Part shown: positions 35,140-53,166 of the stretch, piece by piece | How positions within the stretch are numbered: position 1 is the stretch's first letter | Layout of the letters: every line of letters begins with the position of its first letter | NCBI GenBank assembly: GCA_003344405.1 | Contig: NOWV01000172.1 | Location: 62,001 to 126,000, forward strand | Source: Trichoplax sp. H2 | Lineage: Eukaryota | Length of the DNA stretch: 64,000 bases | Reading direction: 5' to 3' | Notes under the pieces: generated by a model | Database searches by the model: none | Told to the model about the DNA's origin: nothing | What the model saw: only the letters and a program-made list of their open reading frames with translations | Made by a program: the position numbers and the translations under genes

Positions 35140-36776
35140 TCGAAGCCGTTGTCCCTTAAGCATTGGCAATGGCTTGGTGAATTTTTACTGTGTACAAGCA
35201 TTATAGGAAATCAAAATGTTTTTAACTCTATATTATTATGATTACGATCTTCATACGTATACATTATCTTTCTCGAAGGATGTACTACTTTATAGACGTG
35301 TAGCACAATATCATGTGTATAATTGTATGAGGAAAATGCAAATACGCGAATACATCGTTCAGATGCCAGTACGTTCATATGTTGTATCTCTAGTTAATTA
35401 TATAATGTATACCCGTAAATCTGTACAATAACTTACTACTGTAATTATTCGATTGCCTGATGGTGATACTATATTAATAGCTGTAGCATTCGGCTATTAA
35501 TTAGGTATAATTAAAAAAAGAAAAGTTAACTTTATCATGATTTAAATCATAGTAATATTCTGTGGTATACAGAACAACTGAAGGATTTGCGGAGTAGTAA
35601 GTAGAAATAAATACACTACCAAGTTTAGTTATACAATGATACTACCATTTATTGCGTGTACTGTATATTATGTGAAGACTATGAAAATCAAGGTGCCCTA
35701 TAGAAATCCTAATCTTACAGAACCTTCAATTTTCGTATTCTTCCCATTAAATTTGCATACTTAGCGGAGACCGAGGCCGTTAATTTACTTACTGTATAAT
35801 CAGCTCTAGATCACTGTTGTGATGAAAATGTTAAAAAGTTATGCTACCAATATATAGAGTATCTTCTTATCATCGTGTTACTCCCTATTTCCTACATTCT
35901 TTCAAAATCTAAAAAGGGCAACGTACCAAATTTCAACCGACTTTAAACAAACCACATCAGATTTTAGCCCTGAAGTGAGAAAGTAAGATAGATGCCATCT
36001 TCGTACGTATTGTGATATTAAACCCAGTGCAGTACGCACAACAATTTACCACGAACCATAATAATACATAGGCAGAATGAATGAGTTTTAATTTAAATTT
36101 TTAAACGTCGATAAATTAATTATGTATTTAATAAGGACTGCGTGTGTGAGGGCATTCTTCTCAATCACACATCGGTAATTAATTTAAACGGTCGATTATA
36201 AACATGATGCATGAAAACAGGTCAACCTATCAGTTAATGTTGATTCAAGGTTTACCGTAGCGTTGTTAGACACACCACAATCCTGTCATATAGTAATCGA
36301 CGTTAGTGGCATTTAAAATAGGAAGGAAACAGTGAAGCATAGTCGAAAAATTAAATCACTATGCACGTGTCTTGTTATATCTTAATATCAAAAGTTATTA
36401 AAGCTTGATAACAATAATGTTTTATTAATTTATTTTTTAAGTCAGTAAAAAAACCCACCTCAATATTTCATCTATTTAAATTAAAACTACTATATTACGT
36501 ATAATCATTCTTCGCCTCTATTAAGTATGTTACATCACTATCGAAACTGCGTATTAGTAAGAATTATCATATGTATACGCATATAAACAGTCCTCTATGC
36601 TATTTTTCAAAATAGATAACAATATACACTGCCAATATATCACCAGCATCATAATACTGATTAAATTGGTAACGATCAGGAAAGCTTAAAATGAAATCCC
36701 AAAGTGATATAATTATATTTACAGTTCAATATAGCAAATTGGATGTGATTATTAAGTAAAAATGAAAGAGTATTTC

Positions 36777-38738
36777 TCACTTTTTTACCTCCAGTTTGTT
36801 GCGAAAATACTGACATAATTGGTGCAAAGCATCTTTTTGACCTTCTATAAATTCTAACTGCATGACAATGCTATTATCTGTTGACGTAAAGTATTGGGAT
36901 TTTGCTATCGTCATCGAAAATTGCAGAAGAGCTTGAAATGAAGTATTACTAACAATATCATTCGCATTTATTTCCTGTAACTCTTGAGATGATTGCACGA
37001 TAGATGTGGACAGCGTACGATTCTGACTTTCATTATCGATTTCTTTATCATCATAAAATGACAAATTGCTATTGGTATCCAATTTTAATTTCTTTGATTC
37101 AGTAGTTGCGGCTGTTCCTCCACAACACTCTAAGTCAGAACCGGAGGCATTTTGCTGCCGTAATAGCATTCGCCGTTTTCTTCTTTGATGAACCCAAGTA
37201 TTAGTATAAGCAGTTCCTACAAAAGTTTGTCTAGCTTCTTCCGTATTAGTAGACTTTGGTTCTAAATTAATCTGTGAATGATATAATACCAGTACATTAC
37301 TGGAGATTATTACACTGGTATCTAGTTTACTGCAATTACCTACATATAACTATGTCATGAAAAGTTAAGATTTATTTCATTTTAACTAGGTTAATTATCT
37401 CAGCCTTTTAATTTATATTGCCAATGTTGTTCACCTGCAATTCGTTACAGAGCTTTATTACTCTGTTGCACATTGTTTCTAAATTGATCTCCTTTAATTG
37501 GGATATTTCTTCTGACAAATAAGCTATGTTGATGTACATAGGCTTCATTGCCTTTCTATCTTTCTGTTTATTTACCTAATATTGACATGGCCACATTCAT
37601 TTATTAACAAGTTCAAACATTCTTTGCAAGGAAACTACAATTTATTATTGAGCATGCAGACGCTTGGTGCTATGCAACCTATGAGTACACTATGTCCTAT
37701 GTTGTACCTCATTGCCAGGTAGATCGCTGCAAAATGACCACGCCACAGACCATCTTGCTGTATTACCTTGGCTAAATATGGATGTTGTATAACTCCTAAC
37801 CTAAAATGGAAGGAAAAACAATATTTTACTTTTCACTACCAGATATTTATCATAACTGCATACAGCTTGCAAAATCCAAAATTAGTAAATAGATTATGAA
37901 GCTTAAAATTTTTTATCGATTGCCACAAATTAAGGCTCACTTTTATCATGAAATACTATACTGTACTTACATTTTTATCCTTCAATATTGCTATGACATG
38001 ATCCAAGCTAGACTTTTTACCAAGCATTGATGTATAACATTTTACGCGTGATTGCAACTGCGTACTATCTTCGATGATGCATTTTACAAACTCCACTTCG
38101 CCCCCGTCGTAGATGATTTCACTTCCTTTGCCAGTACAAACTGATTTCGGTTGTGGTCTAACAGAGGTCCGATTAGCACCTTTAGCATCGAGTGAATCAA
38201 TAAAAAATGGTGGGTTGCACATACAAAAATCATACTGTTGCCTGTTCTCATTTCGTAAAGGTGTACAAAGAATATCTTGAGCTGCAACCATTTTTATTTT
38301 TATTTTCTCGTCCAAATCATTGATGGTGACATTTTTTTGTGCATAATGTACACACCTTTGGTCTACCTCGGTTGCAAGGAAATTCCATCCATTCATTCGA
38401 GCTGCCAACAAAGGATAAATGCACGATGCACCAGTACCGATATCGATACCAAATATGTCGTCATTATGAGTCGTCTGGATAAGATCTTCCAACCAATGTA
38501 TATAATTTAATCTCAACGGTACTGTTGGTATTAATCTATCCATCGGCAATTCAACATGAAGGTTAAAATCGATCTTGAGTAAGGCTCTGGTAACAGCTGA
38601 TAATGCATTGGAATCGCGAAAATTGATAAAACATTTATTCCTTTTCTTGTTTATTTTAACAAATGGTTGTAATTCGGGAAATTTTCGAGCTAATTCTTCA
38701 AAGTTAGGAGAGATCTTGTAGCGATTTCTTTCATGCAT
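36777..38738 (-). CDS. METTL16: RNA N6-adenosine methyltransferase METTL16 (U6 snRNA / SAM synthetase mRNA m6A)
   Basis: MHERNRYK, LIPTVPLRLNYIHW, DIGTGASCIYPLL, catalytic CMCNPPF, SMLGKK. Exons 38738-37971, 37800-37708, 37575-37435, 37271-36777, with the VCR Arg-rich motif NTWVHQRRKRR. Confidence 0.96.
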
Positions 38739-38973
38739 TTCCAGCTACTCTATACATACGTAGATTATTAATTAATTCTGTCTAGAGTATTGCAAATTGG
38801 CTAATCACAAGCCAACAGGTGAATTCGTTAATGTCTGTATAGTATTTGATTGCAATATTGTAGTTCAGAAGACGTAAACCTAAACCTTGGAACTCTAGGG
38901 TAGTGTCGAGTCATGTCTAGACGTCCGGGAGTCAGTATCACGAGTTAACGATACTGTACACTATATAGTTACC

Positions 38974-39013
38974 CGGCTCTCATACTGTACAGTACAGTAC
39001 AGTATGAGAACCG
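38974..39013. promoter_or_regulatory. Near-perfect hairpin/palindrome in the METTL16/EPS15 bidirectional promoter
   Basis: cggctctcatactgtac - agtaca - gtacagtatgagaaccg: 17-bp arms with one mismatch, lying between the head-to-head ATGs at 38738 and 39155. The regulatory role is inferred from position. Confidence 0.5.
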
Positions 39014-39154
39014 TGGAAGCAAAATTTCGATACTGTACCCTACAGTACAGTACATACCATCATTTTTTACCGTACAGTACTGTACGTAGTGTACTGTACA
39101 TTGTATCTCACGGAAAGCAAATCTTCCATACGCGTGCGTGAGAAGCGTGTCAAG

Positions 39155-42100
39155 ATGGCCACCGATCCTTTCTTGAGCCAGGTAACTGCATCAAAACTAG
39201 CATAGAATGAATTAGTAAAGGCATAAAGTGACGTTATTAATCGAGATAAACATAAGAAAAGCCTTAGTATCGATCGGTCAAATCACTTTTCTCAGCGTTA
39301 TTCAATTGATCTCCATTAATTTTCAATCTGTATTCACTGGAAGTGAGAAAATAAACCTGTAGATGAGAGGGGAGAACGCAGTCGATGGAGATGTTCATTC
39401 CATTTCACTTAGCTTTGCTAATTGCTTCTGATATTTTCACTTTTCGAAATACTTTCTTTCCATTGCCATAACAAGGCAATGGACTGATACTACCAGTAAA
39501 GGTATTATTTTGTGTAGGATCCTCTTGTATTTTACGTTGATTTCCACGAAATCATAGCCATGTACTGGTTGATTTGACCCCTGTAACGTAGCCTACAGTA
39601 GTACTATCGTCAATCTGTCGCGGACTTAGGCGGAGCCATTTCCCCCTGTGATCATCCCATTTAATGTTATCCTTTGAGTTGATATCGACTGAGAATATGA
39701 AGTGGAGATGAAAAGTAAAGCCAGATAGTCACTGTACTGCTATAGTAGAGTCTAGTTTAAATTGGTTTATATTTTATAGTGTTATCAAGCAGCTCTTTTT
39801 AAATGATACACATAGATCAATGTGGTATACTGCACCTTATCCATGTTATTGAGAATATTAATACGTAGATAGCAGCAATGGTATCAACACCACTGTAGGG
39901 ACTACCCATTTTGGGGGATATTCCCTACCTTTTAAGTAGTCCCTGCTCACTGCAGCCTAAAGTTGTAATACCCAGCGTTTGAAGATGGAAAGATTTTCTC
40001 GCTAATGAGGTTACTAATTTTCAGTAATAATTAATTAATTGCTGTAAGTGCAATATCAACGTAGGTATTAATAGCTTTGGATTCTCTTTCAAACTTTTTA
40101 AGAAGAGTTTACTTAGTTAAATAAGAGAATACCTGCAATTATTTTGACAACTGGATCAAGACAGACTCAAAAATCAACTTCATCTTTGTTATAAGCTATT
40201 ATTTAATATAACTGGAAAAGAAAGCAATTTAATGCTGATAATCTACACTATGTATCCCTCCATTAGTGATATTTGAATGAATCGGCTTTAAAATGGCGCA
40301 TACTGTACAGTACTACGCCCACATTAAGTGAAGTTAAAATGTTCATGATGGACACGTAATCAATGTGCTGTACTTCTCCAACAACTAATAATGGATACTT
40401 TATCCTTCAATCTGTGCCTTGTTAACAATTTCAAGTATCGCACGCCAACTTTTACATTACCATGTTTTATCCCAAAATAAACTCATAAACTGCTAGACGA
40501 CTTGCTGCACTTAGTTAACTTGATACAAATGCATTGTAGTTGATCGATGAAGTACATTGGAATCGACATCACTGTAATACAGTACGGTAGTAATATCGAT
40601 GTCATCGCCATCAACTTATACAAGTTGATCACATTAAAAATGAAGAACTGCCAATCACTAAACCTAAGTTAGTACTAAGATAGTGTTTGATGGCTGTCAA
40701 TGTCTTTCATTACTGTTTTCAATCACGATCAATAAATACGCCCGTATTCGTTAACATTGGTGCACACCAAGCTAGATCAGTTTACTCTTTCATCTGTTGC
40801 GTTTAGCTGTCAGCATATCTCTTAGAAATGAAAATTTTAATGTAAACAAGGTATAGTACTGTAATTATCTAAAAACTTCAGTTAGCTTTTCATACTGTCT
40901 AGTAATACAGTTAAAAGACGGATAGACATTATGTTCGTGATATTTGCGTGTCCCGCCCGATAAACACAGAGTGGCCGCAAATTCGATATTTCTGTTGTCT
41001 ATAATCGACTATTAATCTTCCAGCTAAGCTATTCAAAACTAAGACAAAAATAAATTTTGCCCAGAACACAAAATTTACAGAGAAGTGCTCTTATTCGGTC
41101 AAATAGATTTAGGATAACGAGTAAAAAATGATGACTATGATACAGTATACGTATAGAATAAACATAGTGTATTGATCATCCAAATGGCTTTTGTACCTTA
41201 CACGGCTTACACGTACGATAGAAAATAAAGCGTGTTTTACAGAAAAATTGATACTTCTCTTTACAGTCTGCATAACGTTTCCTAAAAGAATAGCCCACCT
41301 TGAAATCATCCTAATACAAGCGAACTAAGAATATATTTTACATTATACGGCATTATAACTATCAAGATCTTCTACAGTATAAGATACAAAAGCAAGTTTC
41401 TGGCTCCAATTTCTCCTATACAGTACAATATATACTAAATGTATTACTTCAAGTATGGTCTATCATTCTTGACGATTTCAGTCAACTAGTATAATTTGTT
41501 TTGTCTCGGATGTAGACTATAGAGTGCGATGTTGCTCCATTTAGTAAAACACGAAAGTCTACGCAACAATAACCTTACAATCATACTTTAGGCGATGTAT
41601 TATTATGAAATTCCTAATCGATCAATTACAACCTCGATTGATTTCTTATTTATAGTGATTCATATAGAAACGAATAAGTTGTGTACTTGTTGTATCCTTT
41701 ATTATAATAGTACGTAAAAGTATGAACAAAAACAGAGAACGTACTAATGGCGATGCCCTGGTGTTTATACTGTACTATAACACTAAATATCACTGACGAT
41801 TGCAGGATCGCTTTATGTAACCAAATGTCGATTCGGACATTACTCTTGAATGGCTTCCGAATATTTTAAAGCAAACGAAAACTAAAAAAGACTGACATTA
41901 CTATACTAATAAGTTAGATCTCTTAATTTACACGTATCGTCAGTACGAACCTATACCATGGGATTGCGAGAAAATCTCAATTCACAATCTATATACCAAC
42001 TATGACTAATCCATATGACTCTTTCAATTTGATCGATGGATCCATGATATCCCATTTATTTTTGTTTTCATTTTTCGTCATCAGTAATCGATAAGAACCA

Positions 42101-45100
42101 TATCATTAATTAAAACGAACACGTACATCAGTGGCCTGTGATTATGCTCGAGGTAGACTGAAATCATTCAAATTACAATGTATATAACATATATATTTAC
42201 AAATACTGTATATTGATTTCTTCACGGCATCTTTTATTCACACACGTTTAAACTCTAAAGTTGCTATTAATCATCAGAGTGAAGCAGTTATGATTTGATG
42301 ATACTCCAGTTCAAAGTTCAGAAGACCAATGTCTGTTCTGTTTGACAAGTTTTAATTGAAAATTACTTTACAACGTATGAAAAGATAACATTTATTCATT
42401 TATTCGTAATCTTTTTTTTACTCTTGTAATAACTACTGTAATACCTGCATAACATTATACACAAATGATCATTCCACAAAAATCCGACTAGTCATTGCTT
42501 ACTTTTTCGTGCACCGCAGAAAAATATCTACCCTAATACAGCTATTGCATCCAATAAACGCAACGTGGATTGTTAGCTTCGTATACATGATGTAACACTT
42601 TTCGCTGTTCAAATGAAATCGTAAGGCACTATGTTGCTAAATTTTCAATTTGCTTTCCATCTTAATTAAAGTCTAATATTACTAATATATTGATAAAAAG
42701 CTAATAGCTTACTATATGCTACTAATATTTTGCAGTAATTCCGTGTTGAATGAATTTGTTTTACTTGGTAGCCATGATGGAATTAATGTTTTTTAATTAT
42801 TAATTTCTACCAATTCAATTTAGCTGGCTGGGATGAACGCTTCTGTATACGAAAATTATTACAGACAGGTAAGATAAAATTGTAAATCCTATATTAGTGC
42901 TATTTACTGTTTGCAATCTTCAACTCAGCTCACAGATTAACATAACAAAATATTTATTCAGTTTCAAAGATCACAACCTTTATGTGTGTAGCTATAAATT
43001 GCTTAACAAATCGAGACTAATAAAATTAGACAAATTCTATTAGCATGCCATGGCTTGTAACGAATACATTTTATACTCTTTGTAAGATGGATCCTAATGG
43101 CACTGGCAAGATTGCTGCCGTCGATTTGGTGCCAACATTAAAAAAATCTAACTTAAAGGAGTCTGTCTTACATCAGGTAAATTATACTTTATATTCACTC
43201 TGTTTAACTGTAAGAGCAAAGCAAAGAATTTTGTTGAACTCATATTTTTTCGTTATGTATAGCTCTCTCTCTTATTAAATTATGTGATAGACAATGACAA
43301 TACCATTTATTATCTTATTTGAATATCCTCATTAGATATGGGAACTTGGCGATTCCTCAAAAGATGGTTACCTAAATAAGAAATCTTTCTGTATTGTACT
43401 TAAGCTCATTGCATTAGCTCAGTGCGGTCGAGATTTTTCACTTTCTAATGTAAATTTTCCAGCTCCGCCACCCGATTTAGTACGTATTTCATAAATATAA
43501 ATTTTAACACGCGTATTTAATTAATAGATTCTGCTAACAATAGAAATTTAAACATCAAAACAAACCAAACTATAGCATCATTATTTTATAATCTTCTTGA
43601 TTTATGCTCAAATACTATAGGATAATCCTACTTTTTATAATCAGTACAGTAATTGTACCAACCCTACTGTACCTGGTATTGGTTTAAATCGAAAAGCATT
43701 GTCTGGTTCCTTGGATAATATATCTTGGGGAATAAGTGTTAGCCTTAAATGCTATATTTACTATGTTTTGATTATCTAAGATTGAATTGAAATAATCAAG
43801 GTATTGACTATACTCATATCCTATCTTCTTTTCTATTGACATATGTGATTGCAGAAAGAAGACCAAACAAAATATAATCAAATATTTGATGTACGGTGTA
43901 ATGTTTTACTACTTTTTAAATTTATGTTTTGTACCACATTTCACTAATGTTTGATAATTATTTTAAAAAATATTAATTCTAACTAGAATCTAAACCCTGT
44001 CAACACCCGCTTAACTGGAGAACAAATAAAACCAGTAATGAAAACAGATAAATTGCATTAATTATCTGATCGTCAATGAGTTTGTAATATATTAAAAATG
44101 AAATAGCTATCGCAACAAAAAGGTCTCATATTTATAAAACATTCATTCTCTCATCAGTATTTTTTCTTAATTTTCTCTTATAGATTTTTTTAAAATCTAA
44201 ACTTCCACAGGATACTTTAAGTCTGGTCAGTTCAATAATATATCTTTTATTATATTATGTAATTTATTCTATAATCCCTAGTTCTTGCATAAGATAAATT
44301 CTAGCCTGCTGTTAATACTACTATTTTTTATTCTTTAATCTTGTTTGTAGATATGGGATACGTGCGATTTTGAAAAAGATGGTACTTTAGATAAAGAAGA
44401 ATTTATTTTGGTAAGTAATAATATGCGTATAATATTCTAACTGAATACTTTATATAATAAAATAAAATATTTAAAAATTATATACAATTATAGGCTATGT
44501 ATTTTATTTCGAATGCGGTGAAAGATAAACCAATTCCCAAACGATTACCAGGAGAACTTATACCTCCATCTAAACGAAGCAGCCATCATGTACTAAAATT
44601 CTAGCTATGCAATTTCTTAAAGTCCTGTCATGGTAATAATTTGTAGAAAATTAATGTCATAAACATATTCTGTTCATATATAATTAGGGAAAAATTGCAA
44701 CCACAGACAATTCTACAGTAGACTGGGTTGTAAGCAAGAGCGATAAGGAGAAATATGATGAATATTTCCGAAATATAAATCCAGATATAACTAGTGAACT
44801 TAAAGGTAGAAACATTCTAATGAAGGAACAAAGATGTTGCTATTCTTTTCTTATGCACGCAAATTGTAAACGTGTCTTATTGTATGCTATTCATTTGATC
44901 CTTTAGCGGAAGATGTTCGCGATGTCTTTCTCATGTCTGGCCTTTCTCAGCAGGTTTTAGGTAGCATCTGGTAAGAACTTTTCTTTGATTATTCTTTGAT
45001 TACAAATAGTCACGGAAGAGAAAATTATCTTATTATACTCATCCCATTGTTAGGAATTTGTGTGATATCAATCATACCGGGAAACTAAATAGTGAACAAT

Positions 45101-48100
45101 TTGCATTAGCTTTATACCTAATACAACAAAAGGTAAAGTTGCAACGAAGATTTTTTTGATTTACTATCGTTATATTAGTTACTTTAGTTATATATGCCTT
45201 TCAAATCTATGAATATAACGCACGTAGATAAACGGCATCGAACTACCCCTAACGCTTTCAGCAAATATGGTACCTCCGTCAATGAGACTTGATAAATCGG
45301 TCGAAAAGGTACAATCACAAAGTACTATCATATATTTTATGCTTATGTGATATTTTTGATGGAGCCGGATACTAATAAATCACTAAATCTAATTCCGACA
45401 GCCTGCATCGGCGTTTGATTCGTCTGCTTTTAAGGAATTTGATTCACTGAATCGAAATATCCAACAGCTTATAAGGTCAGTATAATATTGGATAAAGAAC
45501 GGAATAAATTATAATCGGAGAGATTAAAAGCATCATAAAATTTATGATTTTATAATCTCTCATTAGCGATAAAACGAAATTACAGAAAGAAATTGGAGAT
45601 ACGGAGAGTTCAATTAGGCAAATTACTACTCAGATTGAAGATTTTACGACTGAATCTCAAAAATTAAGCGTAGAATGTGTTGAATTAGCAGCTAGAAAAG
45701 AAGAAATCCAAAAGGAGCTTGCTGATTTAGAAGCTGAAGTAAGTAAAAATTGAGCCTATTTTAAAAATAACACGCTTAATGATTGATATTCTTCGCTGTA
45801 AATATAATATAGAAAATTAAGCAGGAAAATATCGTTAAAGATATTTGCGAAAAATACGAAAAGGAACAACTAGAGGTACAATGATTTAATGTAGCTACTA
45901 ACGAATCATTAAGAAATTGTTAGAAACTTATAATAATTTGTTTACTAGATAACAAAAATGAAACAGCAATTGCAGATGCAAGACAAAACGGTCAAAGTAA
46001 GTTTTACCATCATATTTTGTAGAAATGAAAATCATTTACTAATATAACTGTGACGTAGGAACAAGAAGAAGAGCTGGCGAGAGCTCGATCAGAATTAAAT
46101 AATTTGCGTAATACTGAATCTAGACTAGATGCAGAGGTAAAACTGAAGCATTGTACTAAACATCTTTTTTCTAACGTATATTTAAGTAGTACACTACGTA
46201 CGATATTTATCACACTAGATTGAAAATGCTCGAAATAAGTTAGACAGTCTTGTAAAAGAAATCAAGGATATCAATGCCGAAATTAAAGTGGTAAATTTTA
46301 TGAAAAGATATACTGTAATCTCGTATATCTTGATTTTATCCGGTATCTTGGTACATAATTTTCATTTTATTTGTCGTTCTCCATTATTTTAGTTGACTAA
46401 TAAATCGCAGTCATCCGCTGATGCTAAAACAGAACTAATTGAAAGTATTAAACGATATGGTGGTGAAAGTAATGAAATAGAGTTGGATTTCAACACTACT
46501 GCTAGTATCGATAGTGCTGTATCTTTAACAGAATTTCCTAGTGAAACTTTGGATAATAAGTCTACTAGCACAAACAACTTTTCTTCTGATGCTTTTGAAA
46601 CAAAATTCAATAACAATGCATTTTCATCAGATGCTTTCTCTACCAAATCAGATCAGAATGCATTTAAGGCTAATTTTGATAATAACAATACATTTTCTTC
46701 CGACACTTTCGGCGATTTTAAGGCAGATTTTGAAAATCAGGTAGATTCTTACATTTGATTATATGTTGAAGATTTTTTTTTATTGCTTGATGGCTTATAC
46801 ATAATTAAATTTTAAAGAATAACCAAGCGATTAGCAATACTGATACCGCTAAGAATAATGTCGATAGTGGTAAGACGATAGAAAATTCAATTTCTGCATA
46901 ACGATTGCTATCTTATTAATCAATTATTTTCTTTTAGCGGATGATATAGATCCGTTTAGCACCCAAGATCCTTTTGCATCTGGTAAAATTTTATATCGAT
47001 TCATCAATGTTGCAAATTTGCACGATAAGCTTATAAATCTTTTATAGATCTATAACGTAATTACAGTGTGTAACTTTTATAATCTCATTGTTTTGATATC
47101 TTGTATTTTGTAGATCCATTCAAGACTGATGATGTATTAGCCGACCCATTCGCTGAGGGTGATCCGTTCTCGGTAAGAATTTTGAATTCTACTGTAACAT
47201 ATCAATTAAAGATATGTATGTCATCCTTCTATTACTGTATTTGTATGCAATAGGAAACGGCTGCAGATCCCTTCAGTGAACCGATCTCAAGTATTAATTG
47301 ATTAATTCTCATATTTATGCTATTATTTCAGTGAATACTAAATGAATTAAGTTGTATTTGTAATCGCTTAATAGGTAACACTGATGATGCCTTCAAATCT
47401 AAAACTTTGAACGACTCAGATCCATTTGGTGACAAAAACGTGAGTTTCTCCGGTTATATTGATCAAATAATGTGAACAACTTGGCAGTTCAAACTCATAT
47501 AAAGAAATTTCATTTTACAGGTAAAAACATCCACTACGACTGGATTTGATAAATTTGATGCGTTTGCAGATTTTGAAGGTAGTAAGTCAACCGATAAGGC
47601 CTTCGAAAGCCAAAATCAAGCTAACAGCAGTACTGCCTTCACTGCCTTTGGAGATGATCCATTTCAAACGAACATTACTGCTACCAGTAACATTAATAAC
47701 TTAGATCCATTTGATACCAAGAAATCTGATGATCTTTTCGCTAGTGGTAGCAATGATAATACAAGCAAAAAGTCTCCACCTCCTCGACCACCTCCACCAA
47801 AAGTTAAAGGTAAAAGCAAGCAAGATGACCCGTTTGGGGCTTTTTTCTCCAATGATGATCCATTTGCAAGCAAGTCTAGCGGTAGTGCGCTTTCTTCAAA
47901 TGATCCGTTCGCACCCAAGTCTACTAGCGACACTGGAAATAATAACAGTGCAGGGTTTGACGCTTTCAGTAACGCCTTTACGTCAAGTTCATCGTCATCT
48001 GCCCCACAGGCAAGTAATTAGCCGTAACCTAGATAATGTAGATCCGACGTATGCTAATTTTGGGAATACACCGACACAGTTCAGTACTTTTTCAGAAGCG

Positions 48101-48220
48101 GATCAGTTAGATTGGGCGAAAAAAGATAGCAAACGTTTAGAAAGTGAGCGAAAACAACAAGAGGAAACGGAAGACTTAGAATTGCAAAAAGCCATCAAAG
48201 CATCATTAGCGATATCTTGA
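39155..48220 (+). CDS. EPS15: EPS15/EPS15L1 endocytic adaptor (3 EH domains, coiled coil, DPF repeats, Pro-rich motif, C-terminal UIMs)
   Basis: MATDPFLSQ|LAGMNASVYENYYRQ|MDPNGTGKI...; EH motifs IWELGD, IWDTCDFEKDGTLDKEEF, WNLCDINHTGKLNSEQF; many DPF motifs at about 46950-47910; PPPRPPPP; SEADQLDWAKKDS...EDLELQKAIKASL UIMs. More than 20 short exons. Confidence 0.93.
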
Positions 48221-48678
48221 TTTGGTTTTAATGAACATTTTATTATCGTGTTATTATTGTAAAATTGATGGCCAGTAAATCATGAAATCTAAAAATAGTT
48301 AATCCTCAAAAGCTAACCCATGTATTGCTAACATCTTAGACATCCTATCTACTAGGATAGAAGTAGATTATAAAGGTCTTACATATTGGTTCATGTTAAT
48401 AATGTTATGGAATATATGCTAAGAATATTGAAGCTTGAACCCTGCATTACCATACAATCAAGATTATGTCAAGAAGTAATGCTCTTGTTCTGGACGAATA
48501 ATTTAACAATAATTTTTACTCTGAGAATTAAACTACTCACTGTATGTAGTACGCTGTTACGAATTAGCATAATTCTAATACCTCCAAATACAAATAGTCC
48601 ATTACGGTGTATACGCAATTAATTTAATTCATATTTACGAATACACTGGGTGATAATCTTTCGGTGGTATTTATAAGT

Positions 48679-53166
<4,488 letters not shown>

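Noticed and set aside
41077-41100. TACAGAGAAG (U6/METTL16 target nonamer) near METTL16
   Set aside because: No surrounding U6 sequence or MAT2A-type hairpin. A single 9-10-mer in 64 kb can occur by chance.
47711-48079. 5' part of ORF-track entry 47711..48220 as a separate protein
   Set aside because: An off-frame overlap of the EPS15 DPF exon. Only 48080-48220 is likely coding in that frame.
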